DNA of 64,000 nucleotides from Torpedo marmorata (GCA_977017645.1 OZ360232.1:18848001-18912000), one strand, 5' to 3'; counted from the first letter of the stretch, positions 25,126 through 38,283 are shown. Numbers and translations: made by a program. Notes: generated by a model from the sequence alone, not told the origin.

Positions 25126-27200
25126 CCTTCGTACCAGTACCCTAAATGACTATTGACTGGTGGCTCTGAATTTACAATCATGAAGTACTTTGAGGCTGGT
25201 CATGGCTCACATTAACTCTAACCTCCCAGTCAGCCTTTGCCCACTTCAATTTGTCGACTGTCTCAACAAGCTCACAGCAGATGCCATTTCTCTGGCTCTC
25301 CACGTGACCCTGTATCCCCGAGACACCAAGGAATCTATATCAGGCTACTGTTTATGGACTACAGTTCTGCCTTCAATACCATCATCCCCAATGAACTTAT
25401 CCCCAAAGTTCAAGACCCGGGCCTCAGCACCCTCTTTGCAACTCGACCTGCGCAATTCTTGTCTAACAGAAGGCAGTGAAGATAGGAAGCAACACCTCGT
25501 CCACAATTGTACTTAACACCAGTGCTCTGCAAGAATATATACTTATCCCCTATTATATTGTCCATTCCCCTCTCTACATCAATAGCACCGAAGTGAAAAT
25601 AGTAGATAACTTTGTTCTTGGGAGCAAACATCTCCAGTGACCTGACCTGTACCAACCATGTTGATGCAACAGTTAGGAAAGTGCACCAATGCCTCCATTT
25701 CCTTAGAAGGCTCAGGAAGTTTGGTATATCCCTCATGTACCATAACAACATCTACAATTGCGCCATCAAATGCAAGCTAGTTGGATGCATCACAGCATGG
25801 TACGGGAGTAGCTTGGCCCAAGATTGGAAGCAGCTCCAGAAGGTAGTTAATGCAGATTAGAATATCACAAAAACCTCTCTCCCCTCCATCTTACTTCTAA
25901 CTGCCTCAGAAAGAAAACCAACATTCTGAAGGATTCACTCCACCTCAGCCATACTCTCTTGTCCCTCTGCTCATCGGGGAGAAAGCTCGAGTATGAAATC
26001 ACACATCAATACGTTTAAAGACTGTTTCCTCCCTGCTGTCCTCAGCTCCCTGAATGAGCATCACAATAGTTTTCCCATGTGTAACAGAGTTAAAAATGCA
26101 TTTTAATAATTTTTATTCTCAATTCTGTATTTGTGAATTTTATCTCAATGAGTTATTTGTATTTACTGTTATTTTAATAATGTTTCCGGTGGGAACAAGT
26201 TTTGTGATGCACACCTCTTCTGCACCTCCCATCCTGTTCCTCACATTGCTTGTTACTTGCTAAAGGTAAGTGTGAGGGAATTTGCTGCAGGGCTATTTTA
26301 ATGTTTTCTTTGGAAAATGAATTGTTTATGTTATCAATCTTAATGTATATTGTTCATTGCTAATATTATTATGTTTTACAGTTGGTTTTGTATTGTTTTA
26401 ACCGTTAATATAAGTTTTATGGACGTTTTTATCTAACTTGTGTTTAGGCGCCATTAACATGTGTTGGTCATAAGACCCGCGTAGCGTTGCTGAGATTTCA
26501 TAGTGAAAATTCTGTTATTTTGCATGCTTAGGAGCAAAGGTGCAGAAAAGGATGAAAAACCAGAAGGCAATTCTGTGTTATATTGTCTTCTACAGGTACA
26601 AAATTTTCCTTGTTAACTGTAAATTCTGGCCAGTGAGTCATCTCTATGCAGTTTTTAACTCACCCACCGGGTGTCACTGTTCTCACTTTTGTATATATAG
26701 TTTTTCAGTTTAAGAAGACTTAAAAAATGTGAAAGGTTTTCCTGGAAAAATTTAACAGCTCTCGGCTAATATCGTGTACACTGAGTTGAGTACATATTGA
26801 AATGTAAAATAAAGTATCTGTGTGTAGTTTGAGGAAAAGGATGAAATGACACTGCTTGTTACTTGCCAAAGGAGCAAAGGTGCAGAAAAGGATAAAAAAC
26901 CAGAAGGCAATTTCTGTGTTATATTGTCTTCTACAGGGAGCGAATAAATGCTGGAAAACCATTCTGTGAGTCGTCTCTTTTTCTACGCCCTATGCGAACC
27001 CGTTACACATGCTCCCCACTAATTGACCTTTTCACTGTAATGCTTCACACCAATGCTCTCTTGCTCTTATACTTTGTACTGTTATATGCATATTAGAGTT
27101 AACCTGTGGACAGCTCACAGAATGGACCCATCTCTCTGTACTAAGTATAATGTGACAATATATGTGAACTGGATTCTTTATGTATATCAAGAGCAAATGG
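25125..27200 (+). mobile_element. Decayed Rex1/Babar LINE hosting solo LTR 26080-27007
   Basis: [16 protein letters not shown] and FLG.NISSDL..LRRLRKFG; the 3' tail is split at cccatg|ctcccc. Confidence 0.75.
26080..27007 (+). mobile_element. Solo LTR of a second family, with internal unspliced and spliced leader copies
   Basis: TGTAAC...GTTACA inverted ends; 4-bp TSD CATG (26076-79 and 27008-11); AATAAA at 26808 and 26943. Confidence 0.88.
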
Positions 27201-27384
27201 TAATCAGGGAGAGAATAGACCCCATTAAGGATCAGCATGGTCATGATGTGTGGAGCCATGGGAAATGGCTGAGGTCTTAAATGAACAGTTCTCATCTGTA
27301 TTTACCATGGAGAAGGATTTGGAAGCAAGGGAAATTCAGGAAATATCCTGAAACATACTAATATTACATACAACATCAACACAT

Positions 27385-28030
27385 ACAGTACATCAGGCTA
27401 CTCTTCATCGACTACGGTTCAGCCTTCAACACCATCATTCCCTCAGTGGTGGTCAACAAGCTTCAAAACTTGGGCCTCTGCATCCCCCTCGGCAACTGGA
27501 TCCTTGACTTCCTCATCGGACGACCACAGTCAGTACGAATTGGAAACAATGTCTCCTCCTCACTGACGATCAACACAGGCGCACCTTAAGGATGCGTGCT
27601 TAGCCGATTGCTCTACTCACTATACACCCATGACTGTGTGGCTAGGAACAAATCAAATACTGTCTATAAATTTGCTGATGACAACACGGTTGTCGGCATA
27701 ATCACAGGCGACAATGAGGAAGCGTACAAGAGGGAGATAGATCAGCTAGTTGAGTGGTGTCACAACAACAACCTTGCATTCAACATTAGCAAAACCAAGG
27801 AGCTGATTGTGGATTTCAGGAGGAAATTAGGAGAACACGATCCAGTCCTCATCAAGTGGTCAGCAGTGGAGAGGGTAAAGAACTTCAAATTCCTGGGTGT
27901 CAACATCTCTGAGGATCTGTCCTGGGTCCTTCATGTCAATGCAATCACGAAAAATTCTCGCCAGCGGTTATACTTTGTGAGGAGTTTGAGGAGATTTGGT
28001 ATGTCAACAAAGACACTCGAAAATTTCAGA
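27385..28030 (+). mobile_element. Rex1/Babar RT fragment
   Basis: [27 protein letters not shown]. Confidence 0.85.
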
Positions 28031-30680
28031 CATTGTCAAAGGCCTTGCTAAAGTCCGTGTAGATTATGATTTTTATGGGACGCTGGTCTGGAAGGTTAGA
28101 ACCTTTGGGATTCAGGGCAAGTTCACCAATTGGATAGATGGTCATTGGAGGCAGAGGGTGATTGTGGAGGGTTTCTTTTTAAGATTAGAGGTGTGTGACC
28201 AGTAGTGGGTGCCACAGGGATTGGGTGCTCAGTCTCATATTGTTTTTCATACATATTATTAATTTGGATAAGAATTTAAGTAGATTGATTAATAAACAGT
28301 GCCCACTAGAATCCCTGAAAAGGCTGAGGACACTGTGATATCTGTCTCTGAGGGCGACGTCAGAACATCATTCAAGAGGGTGAACCCTCGCAAGGCGTCA
28401 GGCCCTGACGGCGTACCTGGCAGGGTACTGAAAATCTGCACCAACCAACTAGCCGGAGTGTTCACGGACATTTTCAACCTCTCATTGCGGCAATCAGAGG
28501 TTCCCACCTGCTTCAAAAGGGCATCAATCATCCCGGTACCCAAGAAGAGGGCTGCCTCAACGACTAACTTCTACTGTGATGAAATGCTTTGAGAGGCTGG
28601 TCATGGCCAGAATTAACACATACCTAAGCAAAGATCTGGACCCACTGCAATTTGCTTATCGTCACAATCGCTCCACAGCAGATGCAATATCACTGGCTCT
28701 CCACTCAGCTCTGGATCACCTCGAAAACAGCAATTCATACATACGGCTGCTCTTCATCGACTACAGCTCGGCCTTCAATACCATTATTCCCTCAGTGCTG
28801 GTCAAGAAGCTATAAACTCTAGGCCTCTGTACCCTCCTCTGCAACTGGATCCTTGACTTTCTCATTGGAAGACCACAGTCAGTATGAATTGGAAACAACG
28901 TCTCCTCCTCACTGATTATCAACACAGGCGCACCCCAAGGATGCGTGCTTAGTCCACTGCTCTACTCGTTATACACCCATGACTGTGTGGCTAGGCACAA
29001 TTCCAATGCCATCTACAAGTTTGCCGATGACACCACAGTTGTCGGCAGAATCACAAACGGCAATGAGGAAGCGTACAGGAGGGAGATAGATCAGCTCGTT
29101 GAATGGTGTAATGACAACAACCTTGAGCTCAATGTCAGCAAAACCAAGGAGATGATTGTGGACTTCAGGAGGAAGTCAGGGGAACATGACCCAGTCCTCA
29201 TCGAGGGCTCAGTAGTGGAGAGGGTCAAGAACTTCAAATTCCTGGATGTCAACATCTCCGAGGATCTGGCCTGGAGCATCCACGTTGATGCAATCACAAA
29301 GAAGGCTCGTCAGCGGCTATACTTTGTGAGGTGTCTGCGGAGATTCGGTATGTCACCGAAGACTCTCGTAAACTTCTACAGGTGTACCGTGGAGAGCATC
29401 CTGGCTGGTTGCATCACTGCCTGGTATGGAGGCGCCAACTCCCAGGACAAGAGTAAACTCCAGAGGGTTGTTAACTCGGCCTGTGACATCACAGGCACCA
29501 AACTTCACTCCATCGAGGACATCTACATGAGGCGGTGTCTTAAAAAAGTAGCCTCTATCCTCAAAGACCCCCACCACCCAGGCCATGCCCTCTTCACTCT
29601 GCTACCATCAGGAAAAAGGTACAGGAGCCTAAAGACGAGCATTCAACGGCACAAGGACAGCTACTTCCCCGCTGCCATCAGATTCCTGAATAATCAATGA
29701 ACCAAAGACACTGCCTTACTTTTCGTGCACTATTGTTTATAATTTTTTATAGTAATGTCGTAAGATGGTTAATATGAATGTTAATTGCACTATGATGCTG
29801 CCGCAAAACACCGAATTTCATGACTCGTTCCTGACAATAAATTCTGATTCTGATTCTGATTCTGATTCTGAAATTTTCAGATAGCAATACAATATAAAGT
29901 GAAGAAAGTTGACTGAGATTACAGTGATCAACTGGGAAAGTGCCAGTAGAATTGCAGATGGATTTTAACTCAGACACCTGCAAAATCATGCATTTTTGGC
30001 AAGTCAAATCAGGGCAGGACATACACAGTGAGTGGCAGAATAGAGTGTTGTCAAACAGAAAGACTGGGGGTTGGGAGGGGGACAAGTACATTGTTTTCTG
30101 AAAGTGGCAACACAGGTAGGCAGAGGGACAAAGACATAGGGCATGGTTGCCCTTCATCAGCTGTGGCATTGAGTACAAGAGTTGGGATGTCACGTTTCAG
30201 TTGTACAAAATGTTAAGTTACAAACTCTTGTCGGCAGCTCTGGATGTGATTGAGAGAGGGTGCCAAAAGCTTCGTAAGGATGTTACCCGGAATTGAAGGC
30301 TTGAGTTTTAAGGAGAGACTGGATAGGCTGGGACTATTTTATCTGCAGTGAAGGAGGCTAAGGGATGACCTTGTAAGGATTTATAAAAGTATGAGGGGCA
30401 TAGATAGGGTAGATAGTCACGTCGTTTCCCATGGTAAGGGGATCTAAAACTAGAGGACACGTTTATGGTGAGAGTGTGGTGGATATATAGAACAAGATGC
30501 CAGAGGAAGTCGTAGAGGCAGGTACAATTGCAATGTTTAAAGATATTTGGACAAGTACATGGATAGAAAGGTATGGGGAGATATGGGACAAAAGCAGGCA
30601 AATGGGACTATCTTAGATAAGCATCTTGGTTGGCAGGGATGAGTTGAGCTGAAGGGCTTGTGTTGTATTAACTCTATGTC
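28030..30680 (+). mobile_element. Decayed CR1 LINE 3' part, interrupted by Rex1 28290-29870
   Basis: CR1-like text ggcagagggtgattgtggaggg..gtgaccagtagtgggtgccacaggga on the left; ttaaaagatatttggacaagtacatggatagaaagg 3' region on the right. Confidence 0.7.
28290..29870 (+). mobile_element. Rex1/Babar LINE, 5'-truncated, with stops
   Basis: [30 protein letters not shown] and [11 protein letters not shown]; (TTCTGA)5 tail. Confidence 0.93.
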
Positions 30681-30721
30681 TATGACACCAGAATAGCAAC
30701 AAGTATATACATTGTATATTA

Positions 30722-31360
30722 AATCAGAATCAGAATCAGAATTTATTGTCTTGAACACGTCACGAAATTTGTTGTTTTGCGGCAGCATCACAGTGCTAAC
30801 ATTTATATAAACCACATTTCAAAACAAATAAAAATAGTGCAAGAAAAATAAAAAGACAAGGTGAAGTGTCTGTTGTTGATTGTTCATTCAGAAGTCTGAT
30901 AGCAGAAGGGAAGAAGCTGTCCTTGTGCCGCTGAGTGCTCGTCTTCAGGCTCCTGTATCTTTTTCCCAATGGTAGCAGAGTGAAGAGGACATGGCCTGGG
31001 TGGTGGGGGTCCTTGAGGATAGAGGCTGCTTTCTTAAGACACCGCCTTTTGTAGATGTCCTCGATGGAGTGAAGACTGGTGCCTGTGATGTCATTGGCTG
31101 AGTTAACAACCCTCTGGAGTTTTTTCCTGTTCTGAGCGTTGGCACCTCCGTACCAGACAGTGATGCAACTAGACAGAATGCTCTCCACTGTACACCTGTA
31201 GTAGTTTTCAAGAGTCCTTGGTGACATACCAAACCTCCTCAAACTCCTCATAAAGTACAGCTGCTGGTGAGCCTTCTTCTTGATTGCATCGACATGGAAG
31301 CTCCAGGACAGAGATGTTGAACCCCAGGAATTTGAAGTTCTTGACCCTCTCCACTGTACA
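30722..31360 (-). mobile_element. Rex1/Babar LINE 3' fragment
   Basis: (AATCAG)n tail; [24 protein letters not shown]. Confidence 0.9.
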
Positions 31361-31672
31361 CAGGACATTTTTTTGAGAATGAGCCAAGTTCAGCATAAGC
31401 CCTGCAACTTGTAATGCGCTTAATTGTACAATAAATTTCATAAAGTTCTTAGCTTGTTTCATACATTTGAACAGGAGATAGGGCAATCACATTCACAATG
31501 GACATTCCATTAATTATAAAAAGACAGTACTCCAAATATATGATACCACTGGCAGCTTTACTGTACCTCTGTGGCTCAAAGTCCATTTCAAATGATCATG
31601 TTTTCCTGTATTCCAGTGATATTGCCAAAGTTTAAAAATTACTAATAATTATAATGTTATACATTAGGATGA

Positions 31673-31920
31673 GGGCGGCACGGTTAGCATAGCGGTTAGT
31701 GCAACGCTATTACAGCGCCAGCGACACTGGCTCGAATCTGGCGCTGTCTGCAAGGACTTTGTATGTTTTCCCTGTGTCTGTGTGGGTTTCCTCTGGGTGC
31801 TCTGGTTTCCTCCGACCCTTCATAATGCACGGGATTATAGGCTAATTGGGGTATTTTGGCGGCACAGGCCTGTGGGCCGGAAGGGCCTTTTACCGTGCTG
31901 TATGTCTAAAATTAAATTAA
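31673..31920 (+). mobile_element. V-SINE
   Basis: gggcggcacggttagcatagcggttag head; V-core; AT tail. Confidence 0.9.
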
Positions 31921-32106
31921 AACAATTAAATTAATAGAACAATCTATTTATAGCCATCATTAAAGTTAATATAAAGCAGCAATAAAACAGAAGGATACAA
32001 ACTGAGCCCTCACATTCTCAGATAATTATTTACATTAACCTTATACAGGCACAGAAACCAAAATGATTATCATCAGTACAGTTATGTCAGAAGTTTTATT
32101 TCGTGC

Positions 32107-33087
32107 TGTTATGGACCATGACTGACCACTTGGACTGCGGACGGTCAGCAGGAAGGATGAAGTCTTTTGGAGTACACACTGGGACCAGGTACTGAAAGAG
32201 TTAACTTGCCCAGGACTTGCTGTACTCAGAAAGAGAGAGACACCAGAGAGAGAGAGAGACAGGCTGTGGAAAAGATACTTTGTTGCACTTTTTGCAAAAG
32301 CAGGTGCAAACCTCTGCAAAAAGCATTCAGATTCAGTTGTTGTTTTGGAGTTGAAAAGGCTGGAGAACACAGCAAAATCCAGGCTTGTGCATCCCAGGGG
32401 AAAAGGCCTCCTGTATCAGCAAAATCCTGAGTTAAAACAACTTTTGTGAAGAACAGGCATGAGATCAGTGAGACCGGCTGTGAGATTCAAGTATACGCTT
32501 CAATCCAAAACCAATTTGGAATCACAATCCTCGTGTATCTACCAAAAGGGAAAGTCATCAGAGAAGAAAAGCAGGCCAAGCATTCGTAAGCTTAAACAGT
32601 CATTGTTTCTCTCTCCAATGTTCATTAAGAAGTCCTTCTTGCCAGCACACAGAGCTGAATTTGGACCCTGAACATAGAGAGTGAATTTTTGTGGACTGTA
32701 TTTTTGGGACTGACTTATTTTATGACCGACCTGGGGGTTTTGGGGAAGGTTTTCCATTTTTACATGAGGGTTGGACACAGNNNNNNNNNNNNNNNNNNNN
32801 NNNNNNNNNNNNNNNNNNNNNNNNNNNNNNNNNNNNNNNNNNNNNNNNNNNNNNNNNNNNNNNNNNNNNNNNNNNNNNNNNNNNNNNNNNNNNNNNNNNN
32901 NNNNNNNNNNNNNNNNNNNNNNNNNNNNNNNNNNNNNNNNNNNNNNNNNNNNNNNNNNTGTTTATAGACGTTTATAGTGGGGTTAATTGTTGTGAAATGA
33001 TATGTTTAATTGTCTTTAATAAATATAAATTTCAATTTTACCCCTTTTGCAATGTGTCTTCTGTCGTTGCTGGTTTGAATTTGTAAC
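32107..33087 (+). mobile_element. Gmr1-family LTR spanning an assembly gap (N 32781-32958)
   Basis: Family 5' end TGTTATGGACC and 3' end ..TTTGTAAC; flanks GTGC / CTGC (imperfect TSD). Confidence 0.85.
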
Positions 33088-33766
33088 CTGCTGCTCAAAA
33101 TCCATTTTCTCCTCAAACACATGCAGTTCAATCTGTTTAACAAGACCACACATGGATATTCTGCATATGTTGTACAGCTTGCTGCTTTCTGGAAGTTATT
33201 ACACATGAGAATGTTGCTCTTAGCAAGATTAAGTGATTCCAGAATAAACTTGTGGCCGGATGTCATTCCATGCTCAAGTTATTTCAGGGAAAAGATGGCT
33301 CATTAAAGAACAATCCTACTCTTCTCACTAATAATTTGGAATTTTTTATTTGTTGGAAACTATCTCAAAAGCCAATGGCAAAATATTCTTAAAAGCCAAT
33401 GCTGACCATCACTTAGTCCATCAATCATTGAGTCATGTTCAAGTTCAAATTAATTATCGGAGTACAGTATATACATGACATCACATACAACCCTTAGATT
33501 CATTTTCTGCTGGCCAATGAGAATTTCTACTTATCAGTAGTGTGAACTGCACGCAAGGAAAATACACATATACAAAAGAGAGAAATTTAAAAAAAGAAAG
33601 AAATGTAAACAAACTGTGCAATACAGAAATAAAATTAATATTCAGTAATAAATAATGTTGTAAGACTCCTTAAACGCATCTCCGATTGAGTCTTTTGTTT
33701 CGGAGTCTGATGGTGGAGGGGTAGCAACTCTACCTGAGCCTGGTGGTATGAGTCTTGTGGCATCTA

Positions 33767-36700
33767 TGATAGGCCTATCAATAATCACTCAAAAGACTAT
33801 GAGTGGAAACGAACCATAGGCTTTTATTATCATTAAACACAGCTACAGTCGACCTGCAGATCTGATCCCGGACTGTGGGCGGGACGGTGGCACAATGGCC
33901 TTTATTCAGGTGAGGAAGGGGGAGGGATTACCGCGACACCCAAGGGAGGGGGAGGAGACACCGGGACAGACCGCAAGACATACTCATACTACACAATATA
34001 CCTAAACAGTGGTTTACCACATTCACCCCTCCTTTTAAAAAGAGTCCAGCGGGGTGACGTGACCACAGTGACTATTTTACAGAAACAGATATTTACATTC
34101 CATTTTTTTTTTTTTTTTTACAGGTCAAGGCAATCCGGTGGTCTGATTCGCCGCTGCGACCTGCGCAGTCCCCGTGGTGACGGGGCGGGTTGTGGTGATG
34201 GGGGAGATGGCAGGATTGTCTGTAAGGTCACCTCCTGCCTGGCTTCTTGGGGTGTATTTGGTCCCGGCGAGGGTGCTGGGTCTGGCGTGCTGGAAGGGGG
34301 ATTGGGGAGGGGCTGCAGCAAGTGGTCTTGCCTGTCGAGGGTTTCTTCAGGTGCTCCAGCGGGCGCCAGGTCACGAATTGACACCGTGTCCTCTCGCCCA
34401 TCAGGGAAGACCACGTAGGCATACTGCGGGTTAGCGTGCGCTAACTGCACCCTCTGGACCGTCAGCTCATATTTGCTGCTCCGAAGGTGGTTGCGGAGCA
34501 GCACTGGTCCCGGGGACGTCAGCCAGGCAGGTAGGGTGGTTCCGGTATTCGACTTCCCGGGGAAGGAGAAAAGTCGTTTGTGAGGGGTTGCATTTGTGGA
34601 CGTGCACAGCAGGGACCGGATAGAGTGAAGGGCTTCGGGGAGGACATCTTGCCAGCGGGAGACCGGCAGTCCCCTGGACTTGAGAGCCAGGAGCGCGGCC
34701 TTCCAGACAGTGGCGTTCTCCCTTTCCACCTGTCCATTTCCCCGGGGGTTGTACCCTGTGGTCCTACTAGTGGCGATGCCTCGGGCCAGCAGATACTGTC
34801 GCAGCTCCTCACTCATAAAAGCTGATCCCCGATCGCTATGTATATAGTTCGGGAAGCCAAATAGCGTAAATACCTGGCGAAGAGCTTTTATGGTTGAGGT
34901 AGCCGAAGTGTCGGGGCAGGGGATGGCAAAGGGGAACCGCGAGTACTCATCAATAATGTTCAGAAAATACACATTGCGGTTCGTGGAGGGAAGGGGACCC
35001 TTGAAGTCAATGCTGAGACGTTCAAAAGGGCGAGTGGCTTTGACCAGCTGTGCCTTGTCGGGGCGGTAGAACTGAGGTTTGCACTCCGCGCAAACCCGAC
35101 AACTGCTGATCATTGTCCTGACCTCTTCCAGGGAGTATGGCAGGTTCCATGACTTCACGAAGTGAAAGAGCCTGGTAACTCCTGGGTGGCAAAGGTCGTC
35201 ATGTAGGGCGTGTAACCGGTCGATCTGCGCGCTGGCGCAAGCTCCCCGGGATAGAGCATCGGAGGGCTCATTGAGCTTCCCGGGCCGGTAAAGTATGTCG
35301 TAATTGTAGGTGGAGAGTTCTATTCTCCACCTCCTGATCTTGTCATTTTTGATCTTACCCCGCTGCTGATTGTTGAACATAAATGCCACAGAGCGTTGGT
35401 ATGTCAGCAGGGTAAAATGCTTACCGGCGAGATAGTGCCTCCAGTGCCTGATGGCTTCCACTATGGCCTGGGCTTCCTTCTCCACCGCGGAGTGCCGAAT
35501 TTCGGGGCCTTGGAGGGTCCGTGAGAAAAACACCACCGGCCTTCCCGCCTGGTTGAGGGTAGCAGCCAGCGCGAAGTCCGATGCGTCGCTCTCTACCTGA
35601 AAAGGTGTCTCTTCATCCACCGCATGCGTTGTTGCTCGTGCAATGTCCCCTTTTATAAGGTCAAACGCCTTACGTGCCTCCGAAGTGAGGGGAAATGCGG
35701 TGGATTTCACAAGGGATCGGGCCTTATCAGCATAATTGGGAACCCACTGTGCATAGTATGAGAAGAACCCGAGGCATCGTTTAAGGGCTTTGGGGGTGGA
35801 GGGAAGTGGAAGTTCCAGCAGGGGCCGCATGCGATCGGGGTCGGGTCCAATAACCCCGTTCTCTACCACATACCCCAAAATGGCGAGGCGAGTGGTACCA
35901 AACACGCATTTGTCTTTATTATACGTGAGGTTTAATGCTTTGGCCGCCTGCAGGAACCTCTGGAGGTTGTTGTCGTGGTCCGGACGATCATGACCACAGA
36001 TGGTAATGTCGTCCAGGTATGGGAAAGTGGTCTTGAGTTTATAGTGATCCACAATCCTGTCCATCTCCCGCTGGAATACTGACACACCATTTGTGACCCC
36101 GAAAGGGACGTGCTGGAAATGGAACAGCCTGCCATCCGCCTCGAACGCAGTGTATGGACGGTCCTCCCTTCGGATAGGGAGCTGATGGTATGCAGATTTT
36201 AGGTCTATCGTTGAGAATAACCTATACTGAGCAATTTTATTCACTATATCCGCTATTCGTGGTAGCGGATATGCGTCCAGCTGCGTGAATCGGTTGATGG
36301 TTTGGCTGTAGTCCACCACCATCCTACTCTTGGCCCCTTTTACTACGACTACCTGGGCTCTCCAGGGACTATTACTTCTCTCAATAATCCCCTCCTGTAA
36401 TAATCGCTGCACCTCCGTCTTGATAAACGCTCTGTCCCCAGCACTGTATCGCCTGCTCTTGGTTGCCACCGGCTTACAGTCAGGGGTCAGGTTGGCGAAT
36501 AACGACGGGGGCGAGATCTTAAGGGTGGAGAGACCACAGGTAGTCTGAGGCGTGTTGTTCAGGAACTGGTGGTTCGCTACAGTGATCGCAGGGTGGGGAC
36601 CGTCATATCGCATCGTGACACTCCGTAAGTGGCTCTGAAAATCAAGACCCAGTAATACCAGCGCACATAAACGATTCATAATAAATAAGGAGAATTGCCG

Positions 36701-38283
36701 ATACTCTGTCCCTTGTACCACAATGTTCACCACACAAGCCCCCCGGATGTCTGTTGTGTGTGACCCGGACGCCATGGCCACCCTCTGGCTTACCGGTATG
36801 GTAGTCAGGCCACAGCGCTGAACAGTGTCGGGGTGAATAAAACTCTCCGTGCTGCCAGTATCAAATAGACAAGTTGTCTTGTGCCCCTCCACCAGGATGT
36901 CCATCATGGATCGCGACAGCTGGTGGGGAACAAACTGGTCGAGGGTGACCGAAGCTGGGGTCGAGATGTAGTCGTCTTGATCCGCAGTTGTTAAAGATGG
37001 CCGCTCCCATGGGTTGCAGATGTCGCTGCTGCTCACGCTGCAAGATGGCGGCGGTAGAAGTGCCGGAAGTACCGATGTAGGGCTATAAGATGGCGGCGCC
37101 GGAAGTGCCAGCATCAAAGATGGCCACCTCCACTCCTCACATGAGGTCGACGCCGGAAGTGACAGCAGGTAAGATGGCCGCTCCCGCATCTCGCACGCGG
37201 CGCTGCTCGGACCCGCGCGCGACTTAGAGCGGCAGGCCTTCGCATAATGGCCTTTCTTGCCGCAGCTGGAGCAAGTCGCGTCGCGGGCCGGGCAGCGTTT
37301 CCTTTGGTGCTTATCGAGCCCGCAGAAGTAGCACTTCTCGGGCTCGCGGTTAACTGCTGCGGCGGTGAGGATAGCGGCGGTAGCGATCGGCTCGTGCGAA
37401 ACGGCGGCGGCAGTCAAATCGCTGGCAGGGTTGGGGGACGGGGCTGACCACGCGGCATGCTGGAGGTCGCGCGCCTGCATGGCGTCCGAGTTCCGCAGCG
37501 CGGCCTCCAGCGTGTGTGCCATTGAAACAGCAGTACAGAGGTCCAGGTCGGCGTGCTCCAGCAGCCGCTGGTGCACGTATACCGACCTGATCCCCATGAT
37601 GAACATGTCCCTCTCCAGCAATTCGGCATGTTCCTCTGCAGTCAGCGCCTTACAGTCGCACGCTCGTACCAGCGACTGTATGTCTCTGACAAACTCCACG
37701 ATCGACTCCCCGGCCCGCTGTTTTCGCGTTGAGAGTCAATACCTTGCGTAGACCGCGTTAACAGGCGTAACGTAGATTCTCTTCAGCGCATCCATCGCCT
37801 CCGTGTACGTTTTACAGTCCCGAACCGTCGAGAATAACCGAGGGCTTACCCTGGACACGAGGACCCTCGGTTTCTGCTCCTCGCTTTCCGCTTTGATCGT
37901 CATCATAAAGGACTCAAGACAGCGTAGCCAGTGTTCAAAAGAGTTACCAGCATCAGGAGCTAGATGGTCGATGTCCAGTCGGTCCGGTCTTAGAGCGCTC
38001 TCCATCAGATTTCAAATGATAATAAAATTGATAGGCCTATCAATAATCACTCAAAAGACTATGAGTGGAAACGAACCATAGGCTTTTATTATCATTAAAC
38101 ACAGCTACAGTCGACCTGCAGATCTGATCCCGGACTGTGGGCGGGACGGTGGCACAATGGCCTTTATTCAGGTGAGGAAGGGGGAGGGATTACCGGGACA
38201 CCCAAGGGAGGGGGAGGAGACACCGGGACAGACCGCAGGACATACTCATACTACACAATATACCTAAACAGTGGTTTACCACA
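33767..38283 (-). mobile_element. Full-length Ty3/gypsy LTR retrotransposon, recent insertion
   Basis: 255-bp LTRs (33767-34021 and 38029-38283) differing at 2 sites by eye; 5-bp TSD ATCTA; PPT AAAAGGAGGGGTGAA next to the 3' LTR. Confidence 0.97.
34118..38005 (-). pseudogene. Single gag-pol ORF (gag-2xCCHC-PR-RT-RH-IN) with one in-frame TGA at 37738-37736
   Basis: ORFs 38005-37736 and 37699-34118 are in the same frame (ARY*LSTRKQRAGESIVEF). Motifs: LFDTGS, YLDD, ESDASD..EKE, HHCC, IDFKG/SDRG/VERE. Confidence 0.93.
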
